A stretch of DNA of 64,000 bases. Source: Asterias rubens. Its lineage: Eukaryota. Under the pieces are notes generated by a model. The model had not been told where the DNA came from, ran no database searches, and worked only from the letters and a program-made list of their open reading frames with translations. A program made the translations under genes and the position numbers. The DNA lies in contig NC_047072.1 in NCBI RefSeq assembly GCF_902459465.1, positions 558,001-622,000 of the forward strand. Direction: 5' to 3'. This document shows, one piece after another, positions 12,151 through 22,570 of this stretch; positions within the stretch are counted from its first letter, which is position 1; each line of letters starts with the position of its first letter.

Positions 12151-12166
12151 CAGCGCCCTCTGGTGA
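12151..12166 (-). promoter_or_regulatory. CTCF-like motif in the ATP5PO 3' region
   Basis: Reverse complement TCACCAGAGGGCGCTG versus the core CCACCAG(A/G)GGGCGC; similar motifs at 37479-37494(-) and 47215-47229(+). Confidence 0.4.
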
Positions 12167-12201
12167 TATCCAAACATGCCGCAGATGTCAGCAAAGCTAA
12201 A

Positions 12202-15200
12202 TTAAATGCTCTGTTTTATCAAGTTGGTCATGTTCTTAACTTGAGTGGCTGTTGACATGTCAATGTATTTGTCGCCGATTTCTACAACCATTCCGCCGAG
12301 AATGGTGGAGTCCACCTGAAAGGGAAAAGATCAACACATAGAAGTGTTTAAAGAAAGGGTATACCTTTGGTAATTACTCAAAAAATTAATGACCACAAAA
12401 AAAATACTTGATATAAAGCAATACAGCTGTTGATAATTTATAACATTTTGAAAAACAATCCCCTTCAAAAGTTATGATTTGAGAGAGAGGGGTTCAAATG
12501 ACAAAGGAAACCAGTGATATAAACAAAGTGAGGAGTGTTTAAATATTGAGTCAAAAGAGGGTGCTGTCAAATGATTGTGCGGAGCGCACAAGTTTCAGTG
12601 TCCAGTTTAAGTTGGCAGGTCACAATGATCAGTGCCAGGCCTGATACTTCACGGAGGCGATTTCCTCCATGCCCCCTTGTCATTGCCTTGGTGCCCTTGA
12701 AATGCTCCAGTAGAAATTTACAATTTCCTCATAGGGTGCCCTTTGCCAAGGAGAAAATGCCTTGGTGCCCTTGTCCTTTCAAAAACGAAGCATACAGCCC
12801 TGGTTATGAACGATCTATTTTGTATAGGAAAGGAAAACTTATTTACCGCCATGTTTAGTTTGATGACTTCCTTCTTGTCAAGGAATCCCTGAAGAGCAGT
12901 CATAACCTCCTTCTGTTGGCTTGCGTCCATACTCTGTGTTACGACAAACATCAAGAGGAGCAATTATAGTAAAGTATCTTGCTCAAGGACACACATGTCA
13001 CGACCGGGATTTAAACCCACACTTTGATGATTTAATAACCAGGGTCCAATTTCATAGAGCTGCTAAGCACAAAAATTTGCTTAGCATGAAATTTTTGCCT
13101 TGATAACAACAGGATCACCAACCAAATATACACGCTGAATACCAGTAACAAGCAATATGCAACAAATGGAAATTTGGTTGGTGAGCTTGTTTTTATCAAG
13201 GAAGAAATTTCATGATAAGCAAAATTTTGTGCTAAGCAGTTCTATGAAATTGGGATCAGAACTTGATTTGGTGCTCTTAACCATGCGGCCATGACACCAT
13301 TATGAGTGAAGTCATTAAAGAATTTGCATAGTCGTGTAGTTAACTAAACAAGTGCCACTTCGCAAAGGGTCTTAATGCGCATACCTTGGCAGTGGTGACC
13401 TTACAGACGACCTCTCCTCGGTGCGCGCTCATGATCTGACCCCACGCATTAAGGACTTCCTTCAACTTTCCTAGTCTGTTGTTGTCCGCCATGACACCGA
13501 AGAAGTTGATGGTGATTGGTGACATCTTCTGGCCTTTCATGAACTCTGTGAGAATACCTTGGAGAGAAAAAAACAGCAGAAAAACCCTCATTTTGACATT
13601 TTCTCTCTAGAAATTTAGACAGCTTTAAATCTCTGGCCTTTCATAAAATCTGTCAGAACAACTTGGAGGAAAAAGCAGAAGAAAAAAACCTAATTTTGCC
13701 ATTTTCTCTCACAAAATTAAGACAACTTTTAAAATGCAAAATCAAAAGGGAGACTGCTTGGAACACAAAACTTTGTACTTCAGTAATTTAAACAGCAGGA
13801 AACGAAGAGCGGAAGGTATGAAATCTTTAAGAAATATTTTTATAGGCAGACTGAACCTATAGGTTGTAGAAAAATGTGCATTTTCCTCCTTAGTCTTGCC
13901 TTCTCCATATCTTTAAAATATCTTTTTTGTGTGTCATATCTCTTTTGTGTGTCATATCTCTTTTGTGTGTCATATAATAATAATAATAACCGTATTTATA
14001 ACGCGCCTTTTGCCAAAGGATACAAAGCGCCAGGTGTTATTACTGCAAGGAGTGGGGCGAATCTTTTGAGATATAAGACCTAATCCTAAGCACCATGTAA
14101 TGGTTTACAAGGTGCTGTGGCGCAATATGCTGCCAATCCAGCCAGGAACACCGGGGCAAACCCCTTCTCTATTTAAATAAGTGCACTGGGTTCTTTTACA
14201 TGCGTTTACAACACATGGGACCAACGGGTTAACGTCCCATCCGAAGGACGAAGCAATGGTTAAGTGTCTCGCTTAAGGACACAAGTGTCACAGCTGGGGT
14301 TTCGAACCACACTCTGCTGATCAGAAACACAAGAGTTTGAATTCGGTGCTCTTAACCGCTCGGCCGCGACACTTCCGTAAAGTTGTGATTGTTTTACTTA
14401 AAGATGGATTGCACATGACATCATTGATCACCCTCTTTGATGAAACGTGCACACATAAAAGGCTATCATTGGCTGAGAGTTGTGCACATGGCATACACGA
14501 GTGCCCCTTTTCATTGTACAGATCAAATAAGGCGGTTGATGACGCTATGTGCAATCCATCTATTAAACTTACTGATTTTGTCTTGTTTTCTGATGACTGG
14601 ATTGGCGACGAAGTTCGACAATATAGCATTCTTCTTCATAGTTTCCTGCAATTAAAATAAATCAAAACAAAATTGTACTTTTTATAATACATTCATAAAC
14701 ACCCGAGACAGTATCCATTCTGATTGGTCGAGAGGAGATCACATGACAATTTTTAAACGCATTAGGAAATTGAGCCATGATGATGAAATGAGGAAATTAA
14801 ATGCTTAAATCACTGGTCTCTGGCCTGCGGGCCAGTGTAAATTTGAACACTCATTCAGATTTGTAGTTGAAGTACGTAGTCCAATCTGAGTCATGACCTA
14901 ATACTAATGACCCTTCAACTTTGACCTCTCTGGCATTGACCTCTCACCTCTACTGACTTGAGCTCCTTCTCAATGACCTCTAGCTTCTTCTCCTTCATGG
15001 CTGCAGAATACAAAGCAGTGGCATAGCGTCCACCCATCCCGAAGACCTGGATAGGAGGCTGCAGAATAAAAACAGAATAAACGTCAACATAAATTGACAT
15101 CTATTAAATCGTTGAATGATCATCATTTTTGTATTGGCCGAGTGGATAAGCTCTGGTGCTTCTGCAGAGTGTGGGTTTGAATCCCGGTCGCGACACTTTT

Positions 15201-16588
15201 GTCCCTCAGCAAGACACTTAAACATAATTGCTTCTCTCCACCCAGGTGTAAATGGGTACCTGCGAGGGCAGAGGTGGTTCTTGTGTTTGGTTCAGCCGAG
15301 TAGAGCATATAATTGTCCCACAGGCTGTATACTCCCCAGGGAGTTGAGAAGGTTTAAGGAATGATTTAAAGCCCAGTGACCAGGGGTATTAATGTCGGAA
15401 GCGCTTTGAGAAGCGCTATATAAAAACTGGTTATTATTATTATTATTACTAAGGATTTGAATTGCCTCTAGGAATCTGGCTAGCTCAGTGGTATAGTGGT
15501 AATACACCTACTCTAGCGATACAAAGGTTGTGGGTTGTCCATCCATTGAGAAAAGTCGTACTTGTGCTTAAATGATTGGGATTGGAAAGGGTTGGGGAGG
15601 GCAGTTTGGGGTCGACTTTGGAAGAGAAACAAGCTTGTTGTTATTTACCTTCACCAGCTGGTGTGTAACACCAGAGGTGCTGAACTGGCGAACCTATGTA
15701 GAAGAAAAGAAAAGATCATTGATATTATTATAATATTATTATTACCGTGACCTCTAAAGAAGTCACATTTTGCAGAGTGACTCATTGTACATTTATCAGT
15801 TTCTGTTTCGAACGTGCTTCGAAAAAGAGCCAGTTGTCAAGATTGTTTAGTTGCGATAACGTAAGTTGTAACCCTCCTGCCCGACAGGAGGGTTACGTTA
15901 TCGCAACTAAAGATCGTTGAGAAAGTTCACACTCAAAATTCATTTGTTTTTTACCCAAAACTTGTAGTGTTTGAAATTGAACAATTCCAGGTGTAGGGCT
16001 AGTTCTAGAACTACATGTATATAAGGTTCAATGCCCTCGCTCATGGAGGCGATAAGAATTATGATGATCATATTCTTTCATGATGATAGAAATAGAATAG
16101 TGGAACGAACCAATTCAGAATCTCTAGCTAAGACCAGGCTAGGGCCAACTAGAATTTAGAAGTCTAGAAGTCTAAATTACAACTTCAGAAGCATGAGTGG
16201 GCAGTGGTAAGTTTTATGATGCAAATCGTTGCAGAAGGTTTTTCAAAAAATGCGAAAGATTCCGATTTAGATACCAGACGTGCTGGGGCCAAGTTCAGGG
16301 ATACGAAGTGGATTTGACCGATTGGATAGAATAAACTGGTGTTGCAGCCGAAAGTTTTGAACATGTTGAAATTAAAAAGAAACTAACACCAGGCTAAGTA
16401 AGTTTAAAGCCAGGCGAAAATGTCTTTATAAACAATATAAAAAAACGTTTACTCGACACTGCTAAAGTATCAATAACCATTAACTTCTGTATCTGAATTT
16501 AGAGGTTAAGCAGTGAATATTTTAGTGACAATTTTATGAAAATAAATCGAGATTTTTTTACCAAAAGTGAAAACTTGCAGGCAGCCAT
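12202..16588 (-). CDS. ATP5PO: ATP synthase peripheral stalk subunit OSCP, complete, 7 exons, 209 aa
   Basis: Exons 16562-16588, 15649-15693, 14948-15058, 14573-14645, 13385-13557, 12847-12933, 12202-12315; all GT-AG, 630 nt in total. Translation: [17 protein letters not shown]...[20 protein letters not shown]...NRLGKL...[13 protein letters not shown]...[21 protein letters not shown]...QSI*. Confidence 0.96.
13041..13256. mobile_element. MITE family with GGGCCCAATTTCATAGAGCTGCT termini, here inserted into a SINE
   Basis: Termini cagggtccaatttcatagagctgctaagcac / gtgctaagcagttctatgaaattgggatc. Other copies at 5915-6105, 11593-11772 and 60490-60720; a related element at 38888-39049. Confidence 0.8.
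13975..14375 (-). mobile_element. Full-length tRNA-derived SINE with (TTA)n tail; family members at 12950-13300(-), 15130-15447(+), 44710-45060(-), 46207-46375(-) and 52885-52985(+)
   Basis: Shared head (A and B boxes), core gtgtccttNagcaagacactt, and 3' end ...gcgc...ataaa...ttattatt. Confidence 0.78.
14402..14561. mobile_element. About 160-bp MITE with AGATGGATTGCACAT TIR; relatives at 25420-25556 and 31380-31537
   Basis: 15-bp TIR agatggattgcacat / atgtgcaatccatct; the interior is shared with copies in SLC16 intron 3. Confidence 0.75.
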
Positions 16589-18363
16589 TTTTTCGCCGGT
16601 TGTAGAGTGCGCCCTCTTCGGTGACCTTGTTTCGCAGCACTGCTAGTCAGCCGTTCTTATGATTGTATATATTATTTTATTGTTTTTAATATATATATTT
16701 TTTTTTTATAGCATCAAAATAATACAAACTTTAGTAAATAATTATTTTAAATTCAATTAGTTTATTAATTATATTGTATTAAATACAAATTGATAAACTT
16801 AGTAAATCATTTTCGAACGAGGTACAAACGTGTGGTCTCAAAAAAAGTGGACCCAATTTGAAGTTTGAGTCAAACAACGTGAACGACCGTCACACACTAG
16901 TGTAGACTGGCAAAGCAAGTTGCTCCGCCCGTCCAATGTTGGGGGGGGGGTGGAGTTGGCAGAATAGTTGCCCGTTTGTCTCGAATTCAAGCATCGAAAG
17001 CACACAACTTGTGCGACAAGGGTGGTTTTCGTCCATTTTTCTCTATCAACTTTGATGAATAAGAGTTCAATTATCACAGGTTTGGTATATTTGTATGCAC
17101 ATGATGGGGTACTAAACAAGTGAAAATTACCGTGTTTGCTACTATCGATTTTAAATATTATTCGATAATCAAGATACAGAAACATTGCCCGTACCTTCGA
17201 TAATGGCAAAAGAAATCCCAAATAACTTACATAGGGCCTTTTGTAAGATTTCATATAGAACAGCTTTGACGCCTTAAAATTTGCATAAAATGATCAGTCG
17301 GTCCATCCATGGAGCTATAGCTCCCTCCAGTCCATGTCCTTACTCTATGGTCTCAGCTATCCAATGCCGGTGTGGCAGGAGATCATCTGCCCCCCCCCCC
17401 CCCCCCGCAACCCCCCCCCCCCCCGCACCCGTGAGGGTCCTTTTATGTCCAGTCCCATCGCCTTAACATCAGACAACTTTTGCGAGGCTTAATGCATCCC
17501 CAACCTTTGCTTGGCCATTCCCGGGACCACAACAGCTACATGTTTGACGTCGGATATGATTAGGGACTTGTCGCACGAGAACGGGGCTTGAATCAAGTCT
17601 ATCACAAGGCTCCCTCACCATACAACGTGTACAACAAACGACATCACTCCGTTGGCATACAGACCGGACGTTGTTTCACCAAAAATAGCGTTCCCAATCA
17701 CGCAACACGGAGACTACTTATGTTTGGCGCATGCGTTGATCGATTTTCCTTATAGCGATCTCTATTGTAATCAGTAATCCCTTACGGCGTATTTTTTTTC
17801 CCCAGACGATGAGGCCACTTAGCATTAATGGGCGTGTTGAACCATGGAGGAATCAATTAATTTATTCCTCCATGGTTGAACCTTCTTTCTCACATATTAG
17901 GCGCAACCAACCAAGCGTGTCAAGAGTACTCTCTACTCGTATATTGCATACAAGTACTCTACATGTGTACATGTGTACACGCCAGCTCCTTGTTCCATCT
18001 TCCGTCTTTGCTCACACCACCACTTGGTGCCAGTGGCCTCATCTTCCCTGTGAAAACAAATATGCTGAGAATGTTGTTTACCGTCGCCTTGCTCCCTCCC
18101 GTCGTCTTGAGAAAGCTCGCTAATTTCTCGTACGGGGACCCCCTCCGGCGGACAGCAGAATTCCCTGGGACACCGGCCCAATGTCGGCATTATGTTGGAC
18201 CTTCCTATCGTATGTTTAACATGTGTTTTGAAGCCGACGTTCACCGACGTTGGCTCAACGCATGCATGTTAGCTGGGCACCTCCCATCAGAGGCTGGCTG
18301 GGACGTTCGCAGCCAGACTCAAGCGAGTAAGAGCCACCACAATGAGACAGTGGACACCTCCCT

Positions 18364-21300
18364 TCAGAGGCTGACTGGACGGCGTCTTCGCAGCCAGACT
18401 AAAGCGAGTAGAGCCACCACAGTGAGAAGTTGCACGCCTCCCATCAGAATGAAGCTAATGGTATAACTACCATAAAGGTCGTAGAGTACCCCTAAAATGA
18501 AATAAGATAAATGAGGGGTCAGAATAGATAGTTATCCTTAGTGAATAGTCTCGTAAAAAGACGTGCATTCTTATAAGTGAAATAGAAATAAAAGAAATGT
18601 TAAGACAAATGCTTTACAGCTGTTTGCGTTATATAGTGTTGAACAACTTTTTTACCAAAATGACTCCCTCATCAGTGTTTGACTGGACTTGATTCACGTC
18701 CCGTTCTCGCGTGAGAGGTCCCTGGGCATATCGCGCCAACTAGCAGACAAGCCGTATATAGCAGTGCGCCCTCGCCGTCAAAATGTGGTCCCGAGAATGC
18801 GTGCGGAACATGTTGGGGGGAATGCAGAGCTTTACAAAGCAATAGTTTTCTGGCGATGGCACGGGATTGCGACTTGAGTCAAGTCTAGTGTTTGACTGAC
18901 TCCGAACCCCAATGATCCCTTGACATGTTCCCATTGAACAAAATGTATGCATTTATTTTTACTGGACTCTACCCTCTAATATAATAATCCTTACCTGGTA
19001 AATACAATGTGAAGAGCCCGGTCACTCCAGTGAAAAGTCCATTCCAACCCATAAAGAATCCCATTTGATCAGCACCAAATGACTCTATAATGACGAGGTC
19101 AACTTGTATGTGTACCATCACTGTGAAATATCCGCAGATGAAAGCTGCCACAATGATTGGCCAATAGGACATCAGCCAGGGATCAATGAGATAATACAAC
19201 GACGATATGAATAGTCCAAGTCCTAACCACGCAGAGTTGCTTAGACTTAGTACCTGAAAGTTTTTGACCAACGGCCCAACTGTTAAACTGCTAATTATTC
19301 TCCCAATTCCATAACTGACGACAAAGTTGGAAGCGTCTCCAAGCGAAAACCCCTTGGATACGGTTGTGTATACCACAAAATATATGACCCAAGCTACGTT
19401 CATCATCATCCAAATGTTGCACATGAAGATTATAAGCCAAAATGCTGGTAAGGAGAATAAACCAAGCTTGAAAGTCTGGCTGATGAATGAGTGAACACTG
19501 TTAAAACAAGAGCAACAACGGCTGTTTGATGTTGGTTCTCCATCACCGGTGTCGTCATTTAAAGCAACTCTTTGATATTCATCGTTACTTCTTTTTACAG
19601 CGGGTTCTTTCATTAAAGCTCCACAGACAGCAAGATGGGAAAATATCGCCCCAAGTAGCAGCATGGTTCCCCTCCAGCCGTAAACATCCAAGAAGAATTG
19701 CGTTAAGGGTACGCAGGTGACGAAGGCAAGGGAACCGCCAAGTATTCCCACGCCGAAAGCTGTTGTGCTTGCTTCATTAAAGCAGCGTCCAACCAATTCT
19801 TTACTAACAATGAGTGAAAAACCAACCGCAGGCCCTGTTTGGAGTGGAAAATATCAATAGTTATAGTGTTGTCAAAAGAAACTCAGGTTTACATCCTGCC
19901 CAGCTTACATGTATCGTCGGCCCAACGTACACATTTTTGGTTGGGCAACCGTTGGCAAGTGACGTTGCTATGATGATGATTTTTCCATCGGGCCAACGTC
20001 GAGGACGTTGATCCAACGTTGACCCGACCCCACTCTGACGTTGGACTTCAAAACACTTCGTTCGCCATTTTATTTCTTCTTGATTTTTTTTTTTTTAAGC
20101 AGTGTACACTATTGGTAAATTAAAAGTATTTATTAGTATAAAACCTTACTTGGTGACGAGTAATGGGGAGAGGTTGGTGGTAAAAAACATTGTGAGAAAC
20201 GGCTCCCTCTGAATTGGAGTAGTTTTCGAGAAAGAAGTAATTTTCCACGAATTTGATTTCGAGACCTCAGATTTAGAATTTGAGGTCTCGAAATCAATCA
20301 TCTGAACACACACAACTTTGTGTGACAATTGTGTTTTTTTTTTTCATTATTCTCTTCTTCGACGACCGATTGAGCTCAAAGTTTCACAGGTTTGTTATTA
20401 TATGCATATGTTGAGATATACCAAGAGAGAAGACTTGTCTTTGACAATTACCAATAGCGTCCACTGTCTTTAAAGTCATAACGCAGTTTTTGCTTCCATG
20501 TCTTACTTACCGGCAGCTAGAGTGAGTAGAACCGTTATCTGAGACAAACTGGTGGCATAAGCCGAAGCTATCAGCGAACCACCGACGAGTAACCCACTCA
20601 CCATGACCACAACTCGCACTCCTAGTTTCTCTCGTAGTGGAGAGGCAAATAAAGCTGTGAAATTAAAGACAAGAATAATAAAATGTGTAGCTTGGTCTTT
20701 GCATTGCTTATTTTTCCAATGTCTCTTCTTTTTTCTAGTTCAAACTGTTGCCGGTTGTTTCCTTCATTCGTTTGCCTCTCTTCGGACATTTTCATGTGCT
20801 GCAGTGTATCAACCTTTATCTTTTGCCTATCATATTATTGTATCAATATTTATTGCTATCTATATGAGGACTTTCCCTTGTTCCCCTATAGTGCTATTCA
20901 CACGCCAGCAATTTAACTGGGGTCCCTTGCTTAATTTTAGCAAGTTTGTAAACTGTAGCAATGTGTGACAAGATTTTGCAAGAGAATTTGGACAGTAGAA
21001 AAAAAATTATCCTTTCACACACATTTTGTAAAATGTTACAACCGCATGCTTCAACTTAGCAAACGACCCTTTCTAAATTGTTCTCGTCACACTGTTTAGA
21101 TTTTTTCTTCTTTTCATCAGTTTCAGTTTTTCTCTGCTGTTCAACCGAAAAGTGTAATCGGGCAAAAATAGTCATGGTTTTGGCATGAGTCGCCAAGGGC
21201 CTATTTATACATACCGAATAATATAGATTCTTCAAATCTGGTACAATATTGGTGCGTTCGATAGCTTCCCCGGGTCGACCCCGGTGTGCTCATCCGGGTG

Positions 21301-21742
21301 GCGTATTTTTTTTTTCAGGACGAGCGTGTACAGATAATAAACCACGTTCTTCCTGGAAAAAAAATTACGCATCCTGGTGAGCCCCTGCCATGAGCTAATC
21401 GAACGACCACTTACCCTTCTCGTGGTGACGTCAGTGCATGCACCTGGGGCCAGCACCAAGTGACCCGATCCACACCTCTATTTTTAGTGTTTACAATCAA
21501 ATTAGCTTACCTGAAATCTGCATACTGGCGTCTATAATAGCAATCATCCAGCCAACTAACCAAGTCGAAGCGTTGAATTGTTCTTGTAGAGTTGGTAACA
21601 TCACAGCAAGACCCTTAATCAATCCTACCCACGCTATCCATGATGAAAATAAACCCAGAACAGCAAACCATCCAAGAAGACCGCCATCTTTGAAGGTTTT
21701 AACAAACCAACTTGATACACTTTGGAGAAAATTGCACCCCAT
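18364..21742 (-). CDS. SLC16/monocarboxylate-transporter-like MFS protein, copy 1, apparently intact, 447 aa
   Basis: Exons 21511-21742, 20511-20654, 18995-19834, 18364-18491; GT-AG, all introns phase 1, 1344 nt open. Motifs: DGGLLGWFAVLG, LPTLQEQFNASTWLVGW, SPLREKLGVRVVVMVSGLL, LTQFFLDVYGWRGTMLLLGAI, YDLYGSYTISF. The start at MGC is inferred from an upstream in-frame stop. Confidence 0.88.
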
Positions 21743-22560
21743 TGTTGTTCTCTTTTCTTGTAGTTTGGTTGCTGGTGATATACGCAGATCAGTTACTTAA
21801 GCCTACTTGAAAGTTTTTGACAGCTATATACACCGTAATGGCGATTGTCGCATAGTTCAGGACGTAGTGCACTTTGACCATGGTCCTTTTGTAGACTCGA
21901 TTTCAAGTCTGGGATCACTGTCTCTGCATAGTTTGGTTGTCACTTTGGTGCTTTTCCAATTGGAATTTATTAAGAGGTCCGTTTATGGCATCCGTAGGTC
22001 GATTGTTGCATGTGTTGGACGTAGTGCACTTATATCAATGTCCTATCACCCTAAAAATAAGGTCTCTCAGACTCAACTATCTCATCATGCCTGCGCTTAT
22101 CCATTGTAACGCAACAGTGACTCACGCAACGTTCAGTGCGTGTACTGTACATGTACCACACTGTACAAGTGGTATGCAAATTATGCCATTCCTACCTATA
22201 GATGAGATCTAACAAAAATACACAATACCCGACAACAACGAGGAAAAACCGTGTGACCTCGAGGTTTGAATAAAATTTGTTGAATCATTTTCATGGACTC
22301 CATTACAGCAGTAGTCTTTGCGCATTTATACTAATCTGTACAAGTACATTCACAAATAAGAACAGAACAATAGCTTGTGTTTGTCCAACTGACTGTTTTG
22401 TCCAAACCATAAAAAAACCTTACATCTGGTTTATTATGAGTAATATTAAAATCACTAAAATGAGAGTTGGGGAGAATTGTGTACAAGTCGTTGAATGTCT
22501 GTCGCGGTGATAGCATCAGTTCCGACTCTCTCCGCGATTCCCGCGACGGGCTGGCGATAT

Positions 22561-22570
22561 TCTCGCGAGA
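22561..22570. promoter_or_regulatory. Perfect TCTCGCGAGA palindrome (CGCG/BANP-type promoter motif) in a CpG-rich block upstream of SLC16 copy 1
   Basis: Exact 10-mer within the CpG-rich block 22500-22720; the paralogous block 28820-29005 has tcttgcgaga. Confidence 0.4.

Noticed and set aside
14777-14892. ATGATGA...CTGA resembling a C/D-box snoRNA in an ATP5PO intron
   Set aside because: The boxes are on the strand opposite the host gene and no terminal stem is evident.
17876-18466. 196-aa plus-strand ORF
   Set aside because: No recognisable motif. Its 3' third is the antisense of SLC16 exon 4 and the 80-bp repeat, and the rest overlaps repeat fragments.
19526-19720. Plus-strand ORFs inside SLC16 exon 3 (also 21438, 26564, 27560, 32245, 33668, 35757)
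   Set aside because: These are antisense shadows of the transporter coding sequence, repeated only because the gene is duplicated.
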